Source: Eledone cirrhosa
Taxonomy: Eukaryota
Reading direction: 5' to 3'
Assembly (NCBI GenBank): GCA_964016885.1
Contig: OZ024762.1
Span: 9,238,001 to 9,302,000 of the forward strand
Length of the DNA stretch: 64,000 nucleotides
The translations under genes and the position numbers were made by a program. A model generated the notes under the pieces. The model worked only from the letters and a program-made list of their open reading frames with translations, did no database searches and was not told where the DNA came from. Below, piece after piece: positions 1 to 15,652 of this stretch (positions are counted from its first letter, which is position 1; every line of letters starts with the position of its first letter).

Positions 1-452
1 TCGATCTGGTTGTCCTTCCTTCCTCGGACTTATGTCCCTTTTTCTCCTGATGAAATCCGCTGATGAAGCTAGTCCCTGATCCATTATACGGGAACAGATG
101 ACGTCTCAATTACTTAAACAAGTCTGTTTCTGGTGTATTTCCTACGTTGTCTTATTGCACCGTGTAGAACACATGTAACACCTCGAAAATATATTCCTCT
201 GTTGTTAACTGTTTATAGAAGACTTTGTATTTATATGCTTTAGATTACAAACGACGGAACATGTGTTGTATTCAACACACATTTAAACAGTCCTTCTCTC
301 TCTTCGTCTCTCTCAGTCTCTTTTTCCCTTCCTTTCTCACCCTCTTTTTCCCTATCTCACTCCCACTCTCTCACCCCTCCTTCCTTCCCTCCATTTCTCT
401 TTCTCTCTCTCTCTCACCCCCCTTTCTCTATCAACCCCCCCAATTTCCCTTA

Positions 453-508
<56 letters not shown>

Positions 509-552
509 AATATATCTATGCGTGCGATTATGTGTGTAAACGAGTTTGTGTG

Positions 553-616
<64 letters not shown>

Positions 617-723
617 CGTGTGTGTGCGTGTGTGTATGTGTGTGCATTTTCTATTTAATCATAAAAACATTATTTCCTTAAATTAAACCGCAATATATAA
701 AGAAACAGGAATAAAACACGAAC

Positions 724-801
<78 letters not shown>

Positions 802-924
802 GTGTGTATATATATATAAATAGATGTATATGTGTATATATATATATAGATGTATATGTGTATATATATATATATATGTATGTATATGTGTATGTATATG
901 TAAGTATATATATGTATGCATATG

Positions 925-1004
<80 letters not shown>

Positions 1005-1028
1005 AGTATTCGTATGTATATGTGTATA

Positions 1029-1070
<42 letters not shown>

Positions 1071-1188
1071 TGGCATACATTAAAGCAGACATGTAGATAC
1101 ATTATCAGCCGTAACAATTATCAGATACCGCGAGATATATATATATATATATATATACACTCATATATACATACATACATACATTTTT

Positions 1189-1225
<37 letters not shown>

Positions 1226-1238
1226 TATATACCCACCC

Positions 1239-1276
<38 letters not shown>

Positions 1277-1324
1277 ACATATACCTGTTTATGTACATAC
1301 ATACATACATACACACACACACAT

Positions 1325-1356
<32 letters not shown>

Positions 1357-1563
1357 CCTATCCTAGGAGACAGATGTAGCCAGGTAGCCAGACACTGAGA
1401 TGAGTTGATAAACCTGAAAGTCTTTAATTACCAGAATCCATGAAAAGAGAAACTGATTAAATTCCAGTTAAAATCATTATCTCATTAATATTATCTCATT
1501 AATATTATTATTATTATTATTTCATTATAATCATATTATCATTATTATCATTATTGTCATTAG

Positions 1564-1625
<62 letters not shown>

Positions 1626-2141
1626 TATTTGTTATCGTTATTAATATTATCATTATGATAATTATTACGTTATTATTATTATTACTATTATCATTATCAT
1701 AATTATTATTTTACTATTATCATTATCATAATTATTATTTTATTATTATTATTATTATATTATTGTTATTATTATCATTATCATTATTATATTTATTATT
1801 TTACTATTATCATTATCGTTATTACAATAATTTTATTATTATTATATTATTGTAATTATTATTATCATTATCATTATTATATTTATTATTATATTATTAT
1901 CATTATCATATTTATTATAATATTATTAACATTATATTATTGTTATTATTGTTAATATTATTTTATTATTATCATTATATTATTATTATTATTAATATTA
2001 TTATTAAATAAAGACATAAAGAGAAAATAATGAAATTATATATATATTAGAATTATTATTATCATTAATATTATTTTATCATTATTGGTATTATTATTTT
2101 AATATTATTATTTTTATTATTACTAGAGAGAAAACACACAT

Positions 2142-2172
<31 letters not shown>

Positions 2173-3387
2173 CATATACACATATATACACATATATACA
2201 CATACACATACACATACAGCTCAACTACCTTTAATTCTTCATTGTCACCCACCCACCCAACGCCACCTACCAAGAAACCCACCTACCAACCCACCCACCA
2301 GTCCACCCACCAATCCAACCCCACCAGCCCACCCACCCAGCCCCACCTACCAACCAGCCCCACCAACACACCTACCCACCATCTCACAGTCACTCGATGC
2401 TTGTTATGTGGCAATTTAAATGAATGCTTTCCTTTGATCTCTGCCGATAAGATCGAGACACTGTTTGTGGAAAAGTGTCAAAGAATTCTCTCTTTCTCTC
2501 CCTTTCTCTCTCTTTCTCCCCCCTTTCTCTCTCTTTCTCTCTCTTTCTTTCACTCTCTATCTCTCTATCTCTCTCTCTATCTCACTCACTCCCTCTCTCT
2601 CCTCTATCTCTTTCTCCTCTTTCTCCTTTCTCCCCGCTCTCTCCTCTGTCTCTATCTCTCTCTCGTTCTCTCTCTTCATTACTTCACATCATATATAGCT
2701 ATTTGCAATCTTACACCTCACTACACTACACTACACTACACCTCACCACACTGCACCACACTACATCACACCATACCACATTACACTACACCATACCACA
2801 TTACACTACACCACACTACACCACACTACACTACACTACACTACACTAGACCACACCACACTACACCTCACTACACTACACCACACTACACCACACTAAA
2901 TTACACCACACTAAATTACACCACACTACATTACACCACACTACATTACACCACCTACACTACACTACATCATACCACACTACACTACACTGCACTACAC
3001 TACATCACACCATACCACATTAGACTTCACCACATTACACTACATTACACCACACTACATTACACCACACTACACTACACAACACTACACCACAACACAC
3101 CACACCACACCACACCACACCACACCACACCATACTACACGATACTACATCACACCACACTACATCACAATACATCACACCACACTACACTACACTACAC
3201 TGCACCACACTACACCACACTTCACCACACTTCACCACACTACATCACACCACACTACACTACACCACACTGCACCTCACTACACCACACTACACCATAC
3301 TTCACCACACTACACCACACTACATCACACCACTACATCACACCACTGGTTGTGTGTGTGGGGGGAGGGGATAGTAGCGGTGGAGGT

Positions 3388-3835
3388 CTTCTTCTTGCCA
3401 TATACACAGTAGCTAGAGAGACAAGTCGAGGCTGGTGAGCCAGACCAAAGTGTCATGTTGCAAGCATTATGGACTGTTACGGCCCTTGCCATTCTGAGTT
3501 CAAATCCCGCCGAGGTTAACTTTGCCTTTCATCCTGACGGGGTCGATAAAATAAAGTACCAGTAATGCACTGGGTATTTGCTGGCCTCGTGCCAATTGTA
3601 GAAACAATTATGGACTGCCTTAAGCTCGTCGGGAAAACCTCTGAGGAGGTACTACCGAACAACATGCAATAGTGTCTTGTCCGGATCCCCACAGTCACGT
3701 GTTGGACTGTCTTCCATTTCCCATTGATGGGCTGCTCTGGTTCTGCTATATGTTGTGCAGCTCCGCTCCGACCACCAGGGGACACCCATAGCATTCTGGG
3801 AAGGTCAAGGACGGATGACTTAGGGGTTGGGTCGT
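3388..3835 (-). mobile_element. Decayed 3' end of a Vingi/Ingi-like non-LTR retrotransposon, interrupted by a SINE
   Basis: Minus-strand translation with frameshifts: DPTPKSSVLDLPRMLWVSL...HQWEMEDSPTRDCGDPDKTLLHVVR*YLLRGFPDEL...LVWLTSLDLSL*, then an AAGAAGAAGA tail. This matches the C-terminal DLPR..W / CDCG..QT..H...CP / WL..LD..L pattern of this clade as I recall it. Confidence 0.7.
3476..3610 (+). mobile_element. 5'-truncated tRNA-derived SINE (Nin/Deu-domain type) with 10-bp target-site duplication
   Basis: B-box-like GAGTTCAAATCC; core TTGCCTTTCATCC...GGGGTCGATAAAATAAAGTACCAG; TTATGGACTG duplicated at 3467-3476 and 3608-3617. Confidence 0.85.
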
Positions 3836-4649
3836 GAGAGAGGATGGGGAGTTGTAGAGCAATGATGATGATGATGATGATGGTGGTGATGATGTTGAAA
3901 AGGTGACGAGGATGGTGAAGATAATGGTGGAAGTAGTGGTGGTGGTGGTGGTGGTGGTGGTGGTAGTGGTATTCGTGACGGTGGTGGTGGTGGTGGTGGT
4001 GTTGGTGTAGGTAGAGGTGGTGGTGTAGGTGGTGGTGGTGGTAGCGGTGGTGGTGTAGGTAGTGGTAGTGGTGGTGTAGGTGGTATTATGGTGTAGGTAG
4101 TGGTGGTGGTGGTGGTGGTGGTGTAGGTAGAGGTGGTGATGGTGTAGGTGGTGGTGGTAGCGGCGGTGGTGTAGGTAGTGGTAGTGGTGGTGTAGGTGGT
4201 ATTATGGTGTAGGTAGTGGTGGTAGTGGTGGTGGTGTAGGTAGAGGTGGTGATGGTGTAGGTGGTGGTGTAGGTGGTATTATGGTGTAGGTAGTGGTGGT
4301 GGTGTAGGTAGAGGTGGTGGTGGTGTAGGTAGTGGTGGTGGTTTAGGTGGTAGTGGTGGTGTAGGTGGTATTATGGTGTAGGTAGTGGTGGTAGTGGTGG
4401 TGGTGTAGGTAGTGGTGGTGGTGTAGGTGGTAGTGGTGTAGGTGGTAGTGGTGTAAGTGGTAGTATGGTGTAGGTAGTGGTGGTGGGGAGGGCTCTAATA
4501 AAACGTGTAATATAATTTTTATAATAAATTCTGTAGCTTATCATTAATTTGATCAATTAATAGTGGAAGAGATATCTTATGGCTAGACAGATGTTACTGT
4601 ATGTGTGTATATATGTATGTGTATATATATGTATGTGTATATACATATA

Positions 4650-4756
<107 letters not shown>

Positions 4757-4883
4757 GTACATACATGTACATAAATATATGTATATATACATACATACAT
4801 ATATATGTATATATATATGTATATATAGATACATACATATATATGTATATATATATATATGTGTATATGTATCTATGCATATA

Positions 4884-4925
<42 letters not shown>

Positions 4926-5002
4926 AAAAAATAGTTACATACATACATACTTATATAGATGTATGCATATATATATATATAGATATTATATGTATATATG
5001 TA

Positions 5003-5077
<75 letters not shown>

Positions 5078-5103
5078 TTGCATGTATATGTATGCATATG
5101 TAT

Positions 5104-5160
<57 letters not shown>

Positions 5161-5280
5161 ATCTATATAAATACGTAAGCGTTCGTTAAACAGCTTTCTA
5201 CGTGTGAATATAGGCAGATATCAGCATGTCCTGATATTGTGTGTGTAAATATCTATATATACACAAGCTGTCGTGAATAC

Positions 5281-5396
<116 letters not shown>

Positions 5397-5521
5397 ATAT
5401 GTGCATATTAACACACAATTCATATATACCAAATTCATTGTCCTACATTTCCATTTAGATTTGGTAATATATATGTGTGTGTATATATAAATATATATGT
5501 ATGTACATACATTTATGTGTA

Positions 5522-5552
<31 letters not shown>

Positions 5553-5605
5553 GTGTGTGTATACATACATATACATATATATAGACATGTAGATATAGAT
5601 ATATT

Positions 5606-5654
<49 letters not shown>

Positions 5655-5757
5655 TTGTGTATACATACATATACATATACATATATATAGACAAGTAGAT
5701 ATATATATATTTATGTATATATATATATATATATACACATATCTATCTATCTATCTA

Positions 5758-5823
<66 letters not shown>

Positions 5824-5855
5824 TACACATATATGTATATACACATATCTATCTA

Positions 5856-5904
<49 letters not shown>

Positions 5905-6669
5905 TATATGTATATATATATCCATATGCCATCAACCAAATTATTATAATTGTTATCAATGCTATATCAATTATCATCAACACCACAGTGACGACACCGT
6001 TTACAGACTCATATACAGGCATACATACATACATACATACATACATACATAGATACATACATATACATATACATGCATACATACATACATAAAATATACA
6101 TACATACACACATACATACATACATATACATATACATGCATACACACATACATACATACATAAATACAAATATACATACATATATAAATACATGCACACA
6201 AAAAAACATACATACATACATACATACATAAATGTACACATAAATACATATATACACATACATACATAAATATATATATATAAATATATATTAATATATA
6301 CATACATATATATACCTATCCATACATAGATAATTATATGCATGCATACATACATATATACATAAACACATACATACATACACACATACATACATACACA
6401 TACATACACACATACATACATAGATACATACATACCTACATACATACATACATACATACATATATACATACATACACACATACATACATACATACATACA
6501 TACATACATACATACATACATACATACATACATACATACATACATACATACATACATACATAGAACATTTTGTTTCCTATAACAAAAGATTTAGTATTTA
6601 ATTTGTTTAAATCTTTTTTTTTTAATTTAATGAGAAACTTCGCCAGACAAATTGTTATGAGCGCGTTAT

Positions 6670-6720
<51 letters not shown>

Positions 6721-6745
6721 ATATATATATATATATGTATGTATG

Positions 6746-6830
<85 letters not shown>

Positions 6831-7289
6831 GTATATATGTATCTGTCTGTGTCTGCGTGTATATGTGTGTGTGTGTGCCTGTGTGTTTCTGTGTGTGTAT
6901 GTGTGTCTGTGTGTGCGTTTGTGTGTGTGTATGTATGTGTGTGTTGGCGTACGTTTGTGTGTGTGTGTCTGTGTGTATGTTTGTGTATGTATGTGTGTGT
7001 GTATGTATGTGTGTGTTGGCGTACGTTTGTGTGTGTGTCTGTGTGTATGTTTGTGTATGTATGTCTGTGTGTATGTGTGTATGTCTGTGTATGTATATAT
7101 GTGTATGTGTCTGTGTGTGTGTGTGTGTGTGTGTATGGAGAGACAGAGAATACTAGAAATGTTTTTTTTCTGACAGCCATATTCAAACACACCATGGCTA
7201 TATATATTATATATAAATTATTTATATATTATTTGGTTATCTATTTAAAGGTGTGTAAATCTATATATCTACGTAATTGTCTTGTATTT

Positions 7290-7449
<160 letters not shown>

Positions 7450-7549
7450 TGTATATACATATATATGTATATATATGCATATATATATATAATTTTTTAT
7501 ATATATATATTCATATATATATATATATATATTCATTTATATATATATA

Positions 7550-7601
<52 letters not shown>

Positions 7602-7723
7602 CATATACATGTATGTATATTTATATATATATATAATTATATCTTTAAAAAAACCAATCATACATATCCTTTCCTGTAGATGTTTGTATATATTAATAGA
7701 AACAAACGTATATACATATATAC

Positions 7724-7754
<31 letters not shown>

Positions 7755-8499
7755 CATATATAGATACATATATATATATATGTGTATGTGTGTCTGTGTG
7801 TATATGTGTGTATGTGTATTTGTATGTGTTTGGGTGTGTATACATATGTATATTTGTAACATATACATATATATATGTGTGTGTATATATATATATACAC
7901 ACATTAATTAGTATATATTGAGTACTCATTTAGATTCTGTTTATTCTTTTTATCGAAAACCATCCCAAATACATGTACACCCAGGCGTACACATACAAAC
8001 ATATGTATACACACACTGACATATATATACACACAAACATATATATACACACACTAACATATATAGAGAATCTATAGTGGAATATATGATATATCTACGT
8101 CTTTAACTGGCTCTCATTCTACGATTAGTAACGAGAAATGAGAAGCTATTATCCATCAAGAATGTATTTCCCCACCCCCACCTATGGCACCAAACCTAGA
8201 CACGCGCTATAGAATATAGAAGGGAAGAGTAACTTGGTTTAATCTACCTTTCAGCTTGGTTGTTTCCATTTATTTTAAGTTTCAGTATGTGATGTGGGAA
8301 ACAATGTTTTCTAAACAAGTTTGGCTCACTTAAACGTTATGCGTGTTAAAAAGTTTGTTGAAGCTGTGTATCTAATTTATCCTTGTAATGTCTTCTTCTA
8401 TTACACAATTTCCGCTCAGGTGACAAATCTAACAAACTCTTTAACGTGCGTAACTTTCATGTCACCTAATCTTGCCTGATCATTGCTTTCTTGATCATG

Positions 8500-8925
8500 T
8501 TTATTCACCTAAAATGTTCACCCAAACAGGCGAGACCAGCCAAGCTCATGGACTTTTTCCAGCCATTTTGCTCTGTCTCTACCCCTTGGTCTCCTATCGG
8601 CTGATTTTGCCCGTAAAATCTGTCCATAGATTCTTTCCTGAGTCATTCTAACAATATAACCATAGTATCGGAGCTGTGATTGCTCAATTCAGAGAAGTAG
8701 CCACAATACCTGGAGTTACTCTCTGATCTCCGAGCTTCCCACTCTATCGAGTAACATTACTCCAAAGACCCTTCGGAAGAAGCCCATTTCGGCTGCTTGT
8801 ATTCGCGATCGTATTCTTTCGGGCATTATTACCCATGATTCATAACCATAGACACCCCCCTTCTTCTGATTACCGAATGCTGGAACTGGCGCATTACTGC
8901 ACCAGTTCCCGCAATTCTTGCACTT
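8500..8925 (-). mobile_element. RTE-clade LINE fragment (post-RT C-terminal region)
   Basis: Translation YGYESWV..ERIRSRIQAAEMGFFRRVFGVMLLDRVGSSEIRE; homologous to 17468-18012 and 23707-24495. Confidence 0.85.
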
Positions 8926-9004
8926 AATATATATATAACAACACAATCGGTACAGTATATGGAAGAAATATATTAGGTTAACGCTTGAAATAACAGGAAG
9001 AGGG

Positions 9005-9040
9005 TCTTAACCTTTCGGACGCTAGTCCTTCATCAGAAGA
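9005..9040 (-). ncRNA. Minimal type I hammerhead ribozyme motif (family G, element ~8935-9060)
   Basis: Minus strand: tctt CTGATGA a GGAC tagc GTCC GAAA gg TT aaga. Helix III carries a substitution relative to the 60637 copy. Confidence 0.7.
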
Positions 9041-9357
9041 AAGAATGAGAAATAAAATAGATGGAGGGGATGGGCGGGATGGAATTGGAAAAAATGTATT
9101 TAGATAAAAATAACAGGTACATTCATGTTGACATCTCTTGCAAAACTGTTCGTGCTGGCGTTTTGTGTATGATATATAATAGTATGTATATAGGATTATT
9201 AAAAATAGGTACCAATATAGTACTCTGGTTGATATAATAGCCTTTCCAACTCACACTCTTTTCCCACTTCCACTAAAGAAGAATTGCTGGTCTTATGCCT
9301 TAAAATAGCTACTAATACACCCACCACCACCACTGCCACTACTACTACTACTACTAC

Positions 9358-9411
<54 letters not shown>

Positions 9412-9412
<1 letters not shown>

Positions 9413-9532
9413 TGTTTCTACTTTTGGCACAAGGCCAGCAATTACCCAATGCATTACTGGTACTTTATTCTATCGACCCCGGAAGGATGAAAGGCAAAGT
9501 TAACCTCGGTGGGATTTGAACTCAGATCATAC

Positions 9533-9581
<49 letters not shown>

Positions 9582-9693
9582 TGTTTCTACTTTTGGCACA
9601 AGGCCAGCAATTACCCAGTGCATTACTGGTACTTTATTTTATCGACCCCGTAAGGATGAAAGGCAAAGTTAACCTCGGCGGGATTTGAACTCA
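9412..9693 (-). mobile_element. Two tandem 3' halves of the Nin/Deu-type SINE (9412-9526, 9581-9693), each with a (TTA)n tail
   Basis: Reverse complement of the SINE core, each copy preceded on + by (TAA)n. Confidence 0.85.
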
Positions 9694-10237
9694 ATTAATA
9701 ATAATAATAATGATGATGATGATGATACTTGTAACAATAATAAGAATAATATTATTCTTACAGTTATTCTTAATTTTACAGCAACGGCAACGACGACGAG
9801 AAAGACGACACGACGAGATTCCACGATGTTGTTTACGTCGAGAGAAACCAAACGACAAACGAAAGTTTTGCAATAAAATCAAAACTTAATGAATAAATAA
9901 ATATAATAAAAATACAAATAATATAATAAATAAAAATACAAAAATAGGAGAATACCAAAAATACACAAATACAAAAAAAAAAAAAAAAAAAAAAAAATCC
10001 CCAAAGTGGAACGGAAGGAATGTAAAGAGAAAAAGAAAGACACACATTCAGTTTTAAAAGACTCGATTACACCGAACTCGGTTTCCGGTGAACAGCAACA
10101 CCACCTGTCGGCAGAGGAAAAAAATTATTTCATAAGCCATGGGTAAGTAATCGCTTTTACTATTTGTTTGGCTCGCTACTTTTACATCCCTTGTAGTATT
10201 AGTATGGCAGTGAGTTGAAGAAGTGGAACTATATATG

Positions 10238-10291
<54 letters not shown>

Positions 10292-10301
10292 CATATATAT
10301 A

Positions 10302-10333
<32 letters not shown>

Positions 10334-10365
10334 CATACATATATAGTTCCACTTCTTCAACTCAC

Positions 10366-10443
<78 letters not shown>

Positions 10444-10465
10444 ATATATAATATATATAGATGTC

Positions 10466-10506
<41 letters not shown>

Positions 10507-10659
10507 CCTGTGTTTATATACATGAATGTGTGTGTATATATATGTGTGTCTGTCTATTTATATACGTTGGTGCAGTTTCAGTTACATACTCTGTATTAAT
10601 ACACACAAACATATATATATATATATATAAACATATATATATATATATATAGCTTGAGT

Positions 10660-10900
10660 GTATTTTCATCTGCATGAGGTCCCCTTGTTTGTTGTCAGTC
10701 CATACGATAATGTTGGTGTTACACAAGCTACAAATGACTTGTGACTGCGGGTGAGGTATTTGCGATTGATACAAATAAGCGAGTCGTATTGTATACAGTT
10801 TTGAAACGATCGTATGGAATGGTATTTATAAAGACATGTGATATCTATATTCGTAACTAACACTGATATTCAGATCCACGTGCCGTGCTTGTTTTGTTTG
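10660..10900 (-). mobile_element. Possible highly decayed Penelope-like GIY-YIG endonuclease remnant
   Basis: Frameshifted peptides ...DITCLYK...SFQNC.QYDSLIC... and VICSLCNTNII...LMQMKIH resemble the PLE C..C / Y.I.C..C...YIG.T...RM..H region. Confidence 0.35.
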
Positions 10901-11141
10901 TGGTATATTTCAGGTATTTAATCCTTCTGTTATGCGTAAACTACACACTAACACATGCATATATGAAAATATGTGGTAACATGTGCTTACGCCGTATTTG
11001 ATTAAATAAAATTAGTCTGTTAGTTGGGATTTTTAAAAACACTCTGAATGGAAAGCAGAATGAGTATTGACGGAAATGGGATACGAACTCACATCATTTC
11101 ATTGGTATGCTAGACCAATGTGTTACCACACACACACACAC

Positions 11142-11247
<106 letters not shown>

Positions 11248-11295
11248 GATGAAATCTAAAATGCAACTAGAGTCTTTTTAAAAATGTTTATTTGG

Positions 11296-11339
11296 TTCCT
11301 TTACCGGTTTCGCAGTTCTTGTGCTTTTCAAAAGTAGAA
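11296..11339 (-). ncRNA. Hammerhead-like motif, U3-A8 core variant (family B)
   Basis: Reverse complement of 11404-11447. Confidence 0.65.
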
Positions 11340-11403
11340 TTGTGATGGAGGGTCTGTGGTTTTTCTCACATCTGCTAGAAAAACCACAGACCCTCCATCT
11401 CAA

Positions 11404-11447
11404 TTCTACTTTTGAAAAGCACAAGAACTGCGAAACCGGTAAAGGAA
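11404..11447 (+). ncRNA. Hammerhead-like motif, U3-A8 core variant (family B)
   Basis: ttc-ta-ctt TTGAAAA GCA caagaac TGC GAAA CCGG TA aag-gaa; palindromic helix III ACCGGT; GUA triplet. Confidence 0.65.
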
Positions 11448-11538
11448 CCAAATAAATATATATATTTTTTTTTAATTCTCCAGTTGCCTTTCGATTTCAT
11501 CTTTTTTTCCCTATATATATATATATATATATGATATA

Positions 11539-11633
<95 letters not shown>

Positions 11634-11776
11634 ATATATATATGATATATATATGATATATATATATATATGATATATATATATGATATATATATGATAT
11701 ATATATATATATATATAGATATATGATATATATACATGCAGACAGACACTCACACATATATATGCACGTATATATG

Positions 11777-11825
<49 letters not shown>

Positions 11826-11925
11826 CTGTCTGGCAGTCTATATACACGCACACACATACACACATATGTATGTATACATATATGTATATACATATATATG
11901 TATATATATATATACATATATTTAC

Positions 11926-11991
<66 letters not shown>

Positions 11992-11996
11992 ATGTA

Positions 11997-12049
<53 letters not shown>

Positions 12050-12197
12050 CAACACACAGACTTATATATATATACATACATATATACATATATATATATA
12101 CATATATATGCATATATATAGTATATACGTATATATATATGTGTGCGTATATAGACTAGCATATATATATACATATATATGTATATATATATATATG

Positions 12198-12467
12198 TAG
12201 AAGTTATATTTAATTTGTTGGGATACAACAAGCAAAATATTTTTATAACTGATATAAAGCACTCAACAAACTTTTGGGGTAAAAATACAATATATTCACA
12301 AATGGAAACTATATTTATAAAACCATATTTATTTCATTATACATATTTCAAGGACACCAAAGCAAATTATGGTGCGCTTTCATCAGATAAAATATAATAT
12401 AGATCAGTTTTATAAACAAATATTGACATACCCTTAAAGAATGTGACCATGTCTGTTGGAAGCTCCC
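12198..12467 (-). mobile_element. PLE-derived mini-element family C in (TA)n
   Basis: Homologous to 14515-14790, 44862-45080 and 48858-49312. Confidence 0.8.
12330..12394 (-). ncRNA. Type I hammerhead ribozyme motif (family C)
   Basis: tattttat CTGATGA aag c gcacca taatttgctt tggtgt c ctt GAAA tatgta TA atgaaata. Confidence 0.75.
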
Positions 12468-14053
12468 ATATATATATATAATTTCATAACATATATTTTC
12501 CTATAATTTCATAATTTTTAAAATACGAGATGTTAAGAAGGGAAAGGAGTGGGACAACAATAACAACAACGACAACAACAACACAACAACAACAACAATC
12601 ACAACAACATAACAACAACCCCAACACCACAACAACAACAACAGCAACAACAACAACACAACAACAACCACAACAACCACACAACAACCACACAACAACA
12701 ACCACAACAACAACCACCACCACCACAACAACAACCACCACCACCACAACAACAACAACAACCACCACCACAACAACAACAACCACACAACAACAACAAC
12801 AACAACAACACTAGAACAACCACAACAACAACACTACAACAACCACCACAACAACAACAACAACACTACAACAACCACAACAACAACCACCACCACAACA
12901 ACAACAACCACACAACAACAACAACAACAACAATACTACAACAACCACAACAACAACATTACAACAACCACAACAACAACAACCACAACAACAACAACAA
13001 CCACCACCACAACAACAACCACAACAACAACAACGACAACACTACAACAACGACAACAACAACACTACAACAACAACAAATACCACAACAACAACAATAA
13101 AAGGTGTTGTCATTATGAAAAGAAAATATGGCGGTATATTATACATACACTTCTGTATTCACACAGATAAATACACAGATTGAATATTCCGATTGAGTCA
13201 TCACTAAATGACTGGTGAACTATTTCATTGTTGTTGTTGTGGTAGTAGTGGTGGTGGTGTTGTTGTGGTTGTGGTGGTGGTGGTGGTGTTGTTGTGGTGG
13301 TGGTGGTGGTGTTGTTGTGGTCTTGGTGGTGGTGGTGTTGTGGTGGTGGTGGTGGTGGTGGTGGTTGTTGGTGGTGTTGTTGTTGTTGTTGTTGTTGTTG
13401 TGGTAGTGTTGTTGTTGTTGTTGTTGTGGTGGTGGTGGTGGTGTTGTTGTGGTGGTGGTGGTGGTGTTGTTGTGGTCTTGGTGGTGGTGGTGTTGTGGTG
13501 GTGGTGGTGGTGGTGGTGGTTGTTGGTGGTGTTGTTGTTGTTGTTGTTGTTGTTGTGGTAGTGTTGTTGTTGTTGTTGTGGTGGTGGTTGTGGTGTTGTG
13601 GTGGTGGTGGTGGTGGTTGTCGGTGGTGGTGTTGGTGGTGTTGTTGTGGTGGTGGTGTTGTTGTTGTTGTGGTGGTTGTGGTGGTGGTGTTGTTATTGGT
13701 GATGGTGGTGGTGTTGTTGTTGTTGTGGTTGTTATTGGTGGTGATGGTGGTTGTGGTGTTGTTGTTGTGGTGGTGGTGGTGGTGGTGTTGGTGTGGTAGT
13801 ATTGTTGTTGTTGTTGTTATTGGTGGTGGTGTTGTTGTTGGTGGTGGTTGTGGTGGTGGTGGTGTTGTTGTTGTTGTTATTGGTGATGGTGGTGGTGTTG
13901 TTGTTGTTGTGGTTGTTATTGGTGGTGATGGTAGTGGTGTTGTTGTTGTTGTTGTTGTTGTGGTTGTTATTGGTGGTGATGGTGGCGTTGTTGTTGTTGT
14001 TGTTGTTGTTGTTGTTACGTCAACTATTGTAAGAACCACAGTAAACTATTTGT

Positions 14054-14086
<33 letters not shown>

Positions 14087-14118
14087 ATGTTGCTGATGTT
14101 GCTGTTTTTGGTGCTATT

Positions 14119-14149
<31 letters not shown>

Positions 14150-14423
14150 TTGTTGTTGTTACGTCAACTATTGTAAGAACCACAGTAAACTATTTATGTG
14201 TTGTTGATGTTGCTCTTCCTGTTGTTGTGTTTGATGTTGATGATGTTGGTGTTTTCGGTGCTGTTGTTGTTTGTGTTGTTTGCGTTGTTGTTGTTGTTGT
14301 GGTGTATTGTTAGGGGAACAAGTAATACAACACTCAAAAATAACATTGCTTAAGTGGGTGCAAGGGCCGAGAATACAGATTCATAAGAAGGGATGAAAAA
14401 AAATGAATAATATTGTGTATATG

Positions 14424-14512
<89 letters not shown>

Positions 14513-14553
14513 CGATATTAAACAAATGGAAACTATATTTATAAAACCATATT

Positions 14554-14619
14554 TATTTCATTATATATATTTCAGGGATACCATATTAAAAATATGGTAT
14601 GCCTTCCTCAGACAAAATA
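14554..14619 (-). ncRNA. Type I hammerhead ribozyme motif (family C, element 14515-14790)
   Basis: tattttgt CTGAGGA agg c ataccatat tttta atatggtat c cct GAAA tatata TA atgaaata. Confidence 0.8.
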
Positions 14620-15023
14620 CAATATATAAACCGTTTTATAAATAAATTTGACATACCTAGAACAGTGCAATTTCCATTTAAAAAGTTGATTTGGTAGTAA
14701 ACCTACTCCAAAACCTGTTGAGTGCTTTTATATCAGTTATAAAATATTTACTCGTTGTAACCCTACAATTTTAAATAAAACTTTTGCATATATATATATA
14801 TATATATATATATTTCGTTTCTGAATTTGTTTAGCAAGATTCTTTATCTGAAAACGTGTGTTGAAACCGATATTGTTATACTTTGGGAGGGTCATGTTGC
14901 CAATAAGAAACACACGCACCAGTTGCTTTCACTTCAATTTATTATAATAAATTTATAAATTTAGGAATTTATAAATTTCCGGTTGGTTGGTTGGTTCCAC
15001 AACCAGATGGTTGTTTATATATT

Positions 15024-15066
15024 GTCAAAGTTCTTTCGTCACACATTCTGTGACCTCTTCAGTGAC
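15024..15066 (-). ncRNA. Minimal type I hammerhead ribozyme motif (singleton family, element ~14815-15130)
   Basis: gtca CTGAAGA g GTCACA gaatg TGTGAC GAAA gaac TT tgac. Confidence 0.7.
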
Positions 15067-15377
15067 TGGGGATTCTTTTCTTTGTTTTTGTGCCTCTCCT
15101 TGTTCTGTCCTACGCCATCTTGTTTCTGTGTGTGTGTTGTGTGCTCATATATATATATATACATATATACATATATGTGTGTATATATATATGTGTGTGT
15201 GTGTATGCATGTATATATATGCATATGATGTATATGTTTGTATTTATATATATATATATATAAATATATATATATATACAGAGATACATATATGTGTATA
15301 TATATATATATGTGTGTGTGTGTATGCATGTATATATATGCATATGTATATGTTTGTATTTATAAAAAAAATATTTA

Positions 15378-15445
<68 letters not shown>

Positions 15446-15447
<2 letters not shown>

Positions 15448-15652
15448 CGAGTAGGATCCTGACGGCTGAGCTCAAGCCGTTTCGATGGCTAATTTTTTTT
15501 TTTTTTTTTTTTTTTAGTCCAGAATTAGCCGTCGAAACGGCTTGAGCTCAGCCGTCGGGGTCCTACTCGTTCCTATTACCCACTCTACTACCCTAAGTAT
15601 TGAGTACTTTGGTGCATTATGGTCCATCTGGTTCCTTACCACATTTCCTTCG

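Noticed and set aside
44-110. Two CTGATGA words near the window start
   Set aside because: No downstream GAAA-helix III-NUH could be built; at best a degenerate HHR.
3638-3665. CTGAGGA-GGT act ACC-GAAC resembling an HHR core
   Set aside because: Lies antisense within Vingi-like coding sequence; no helix I, helix III or NUH.
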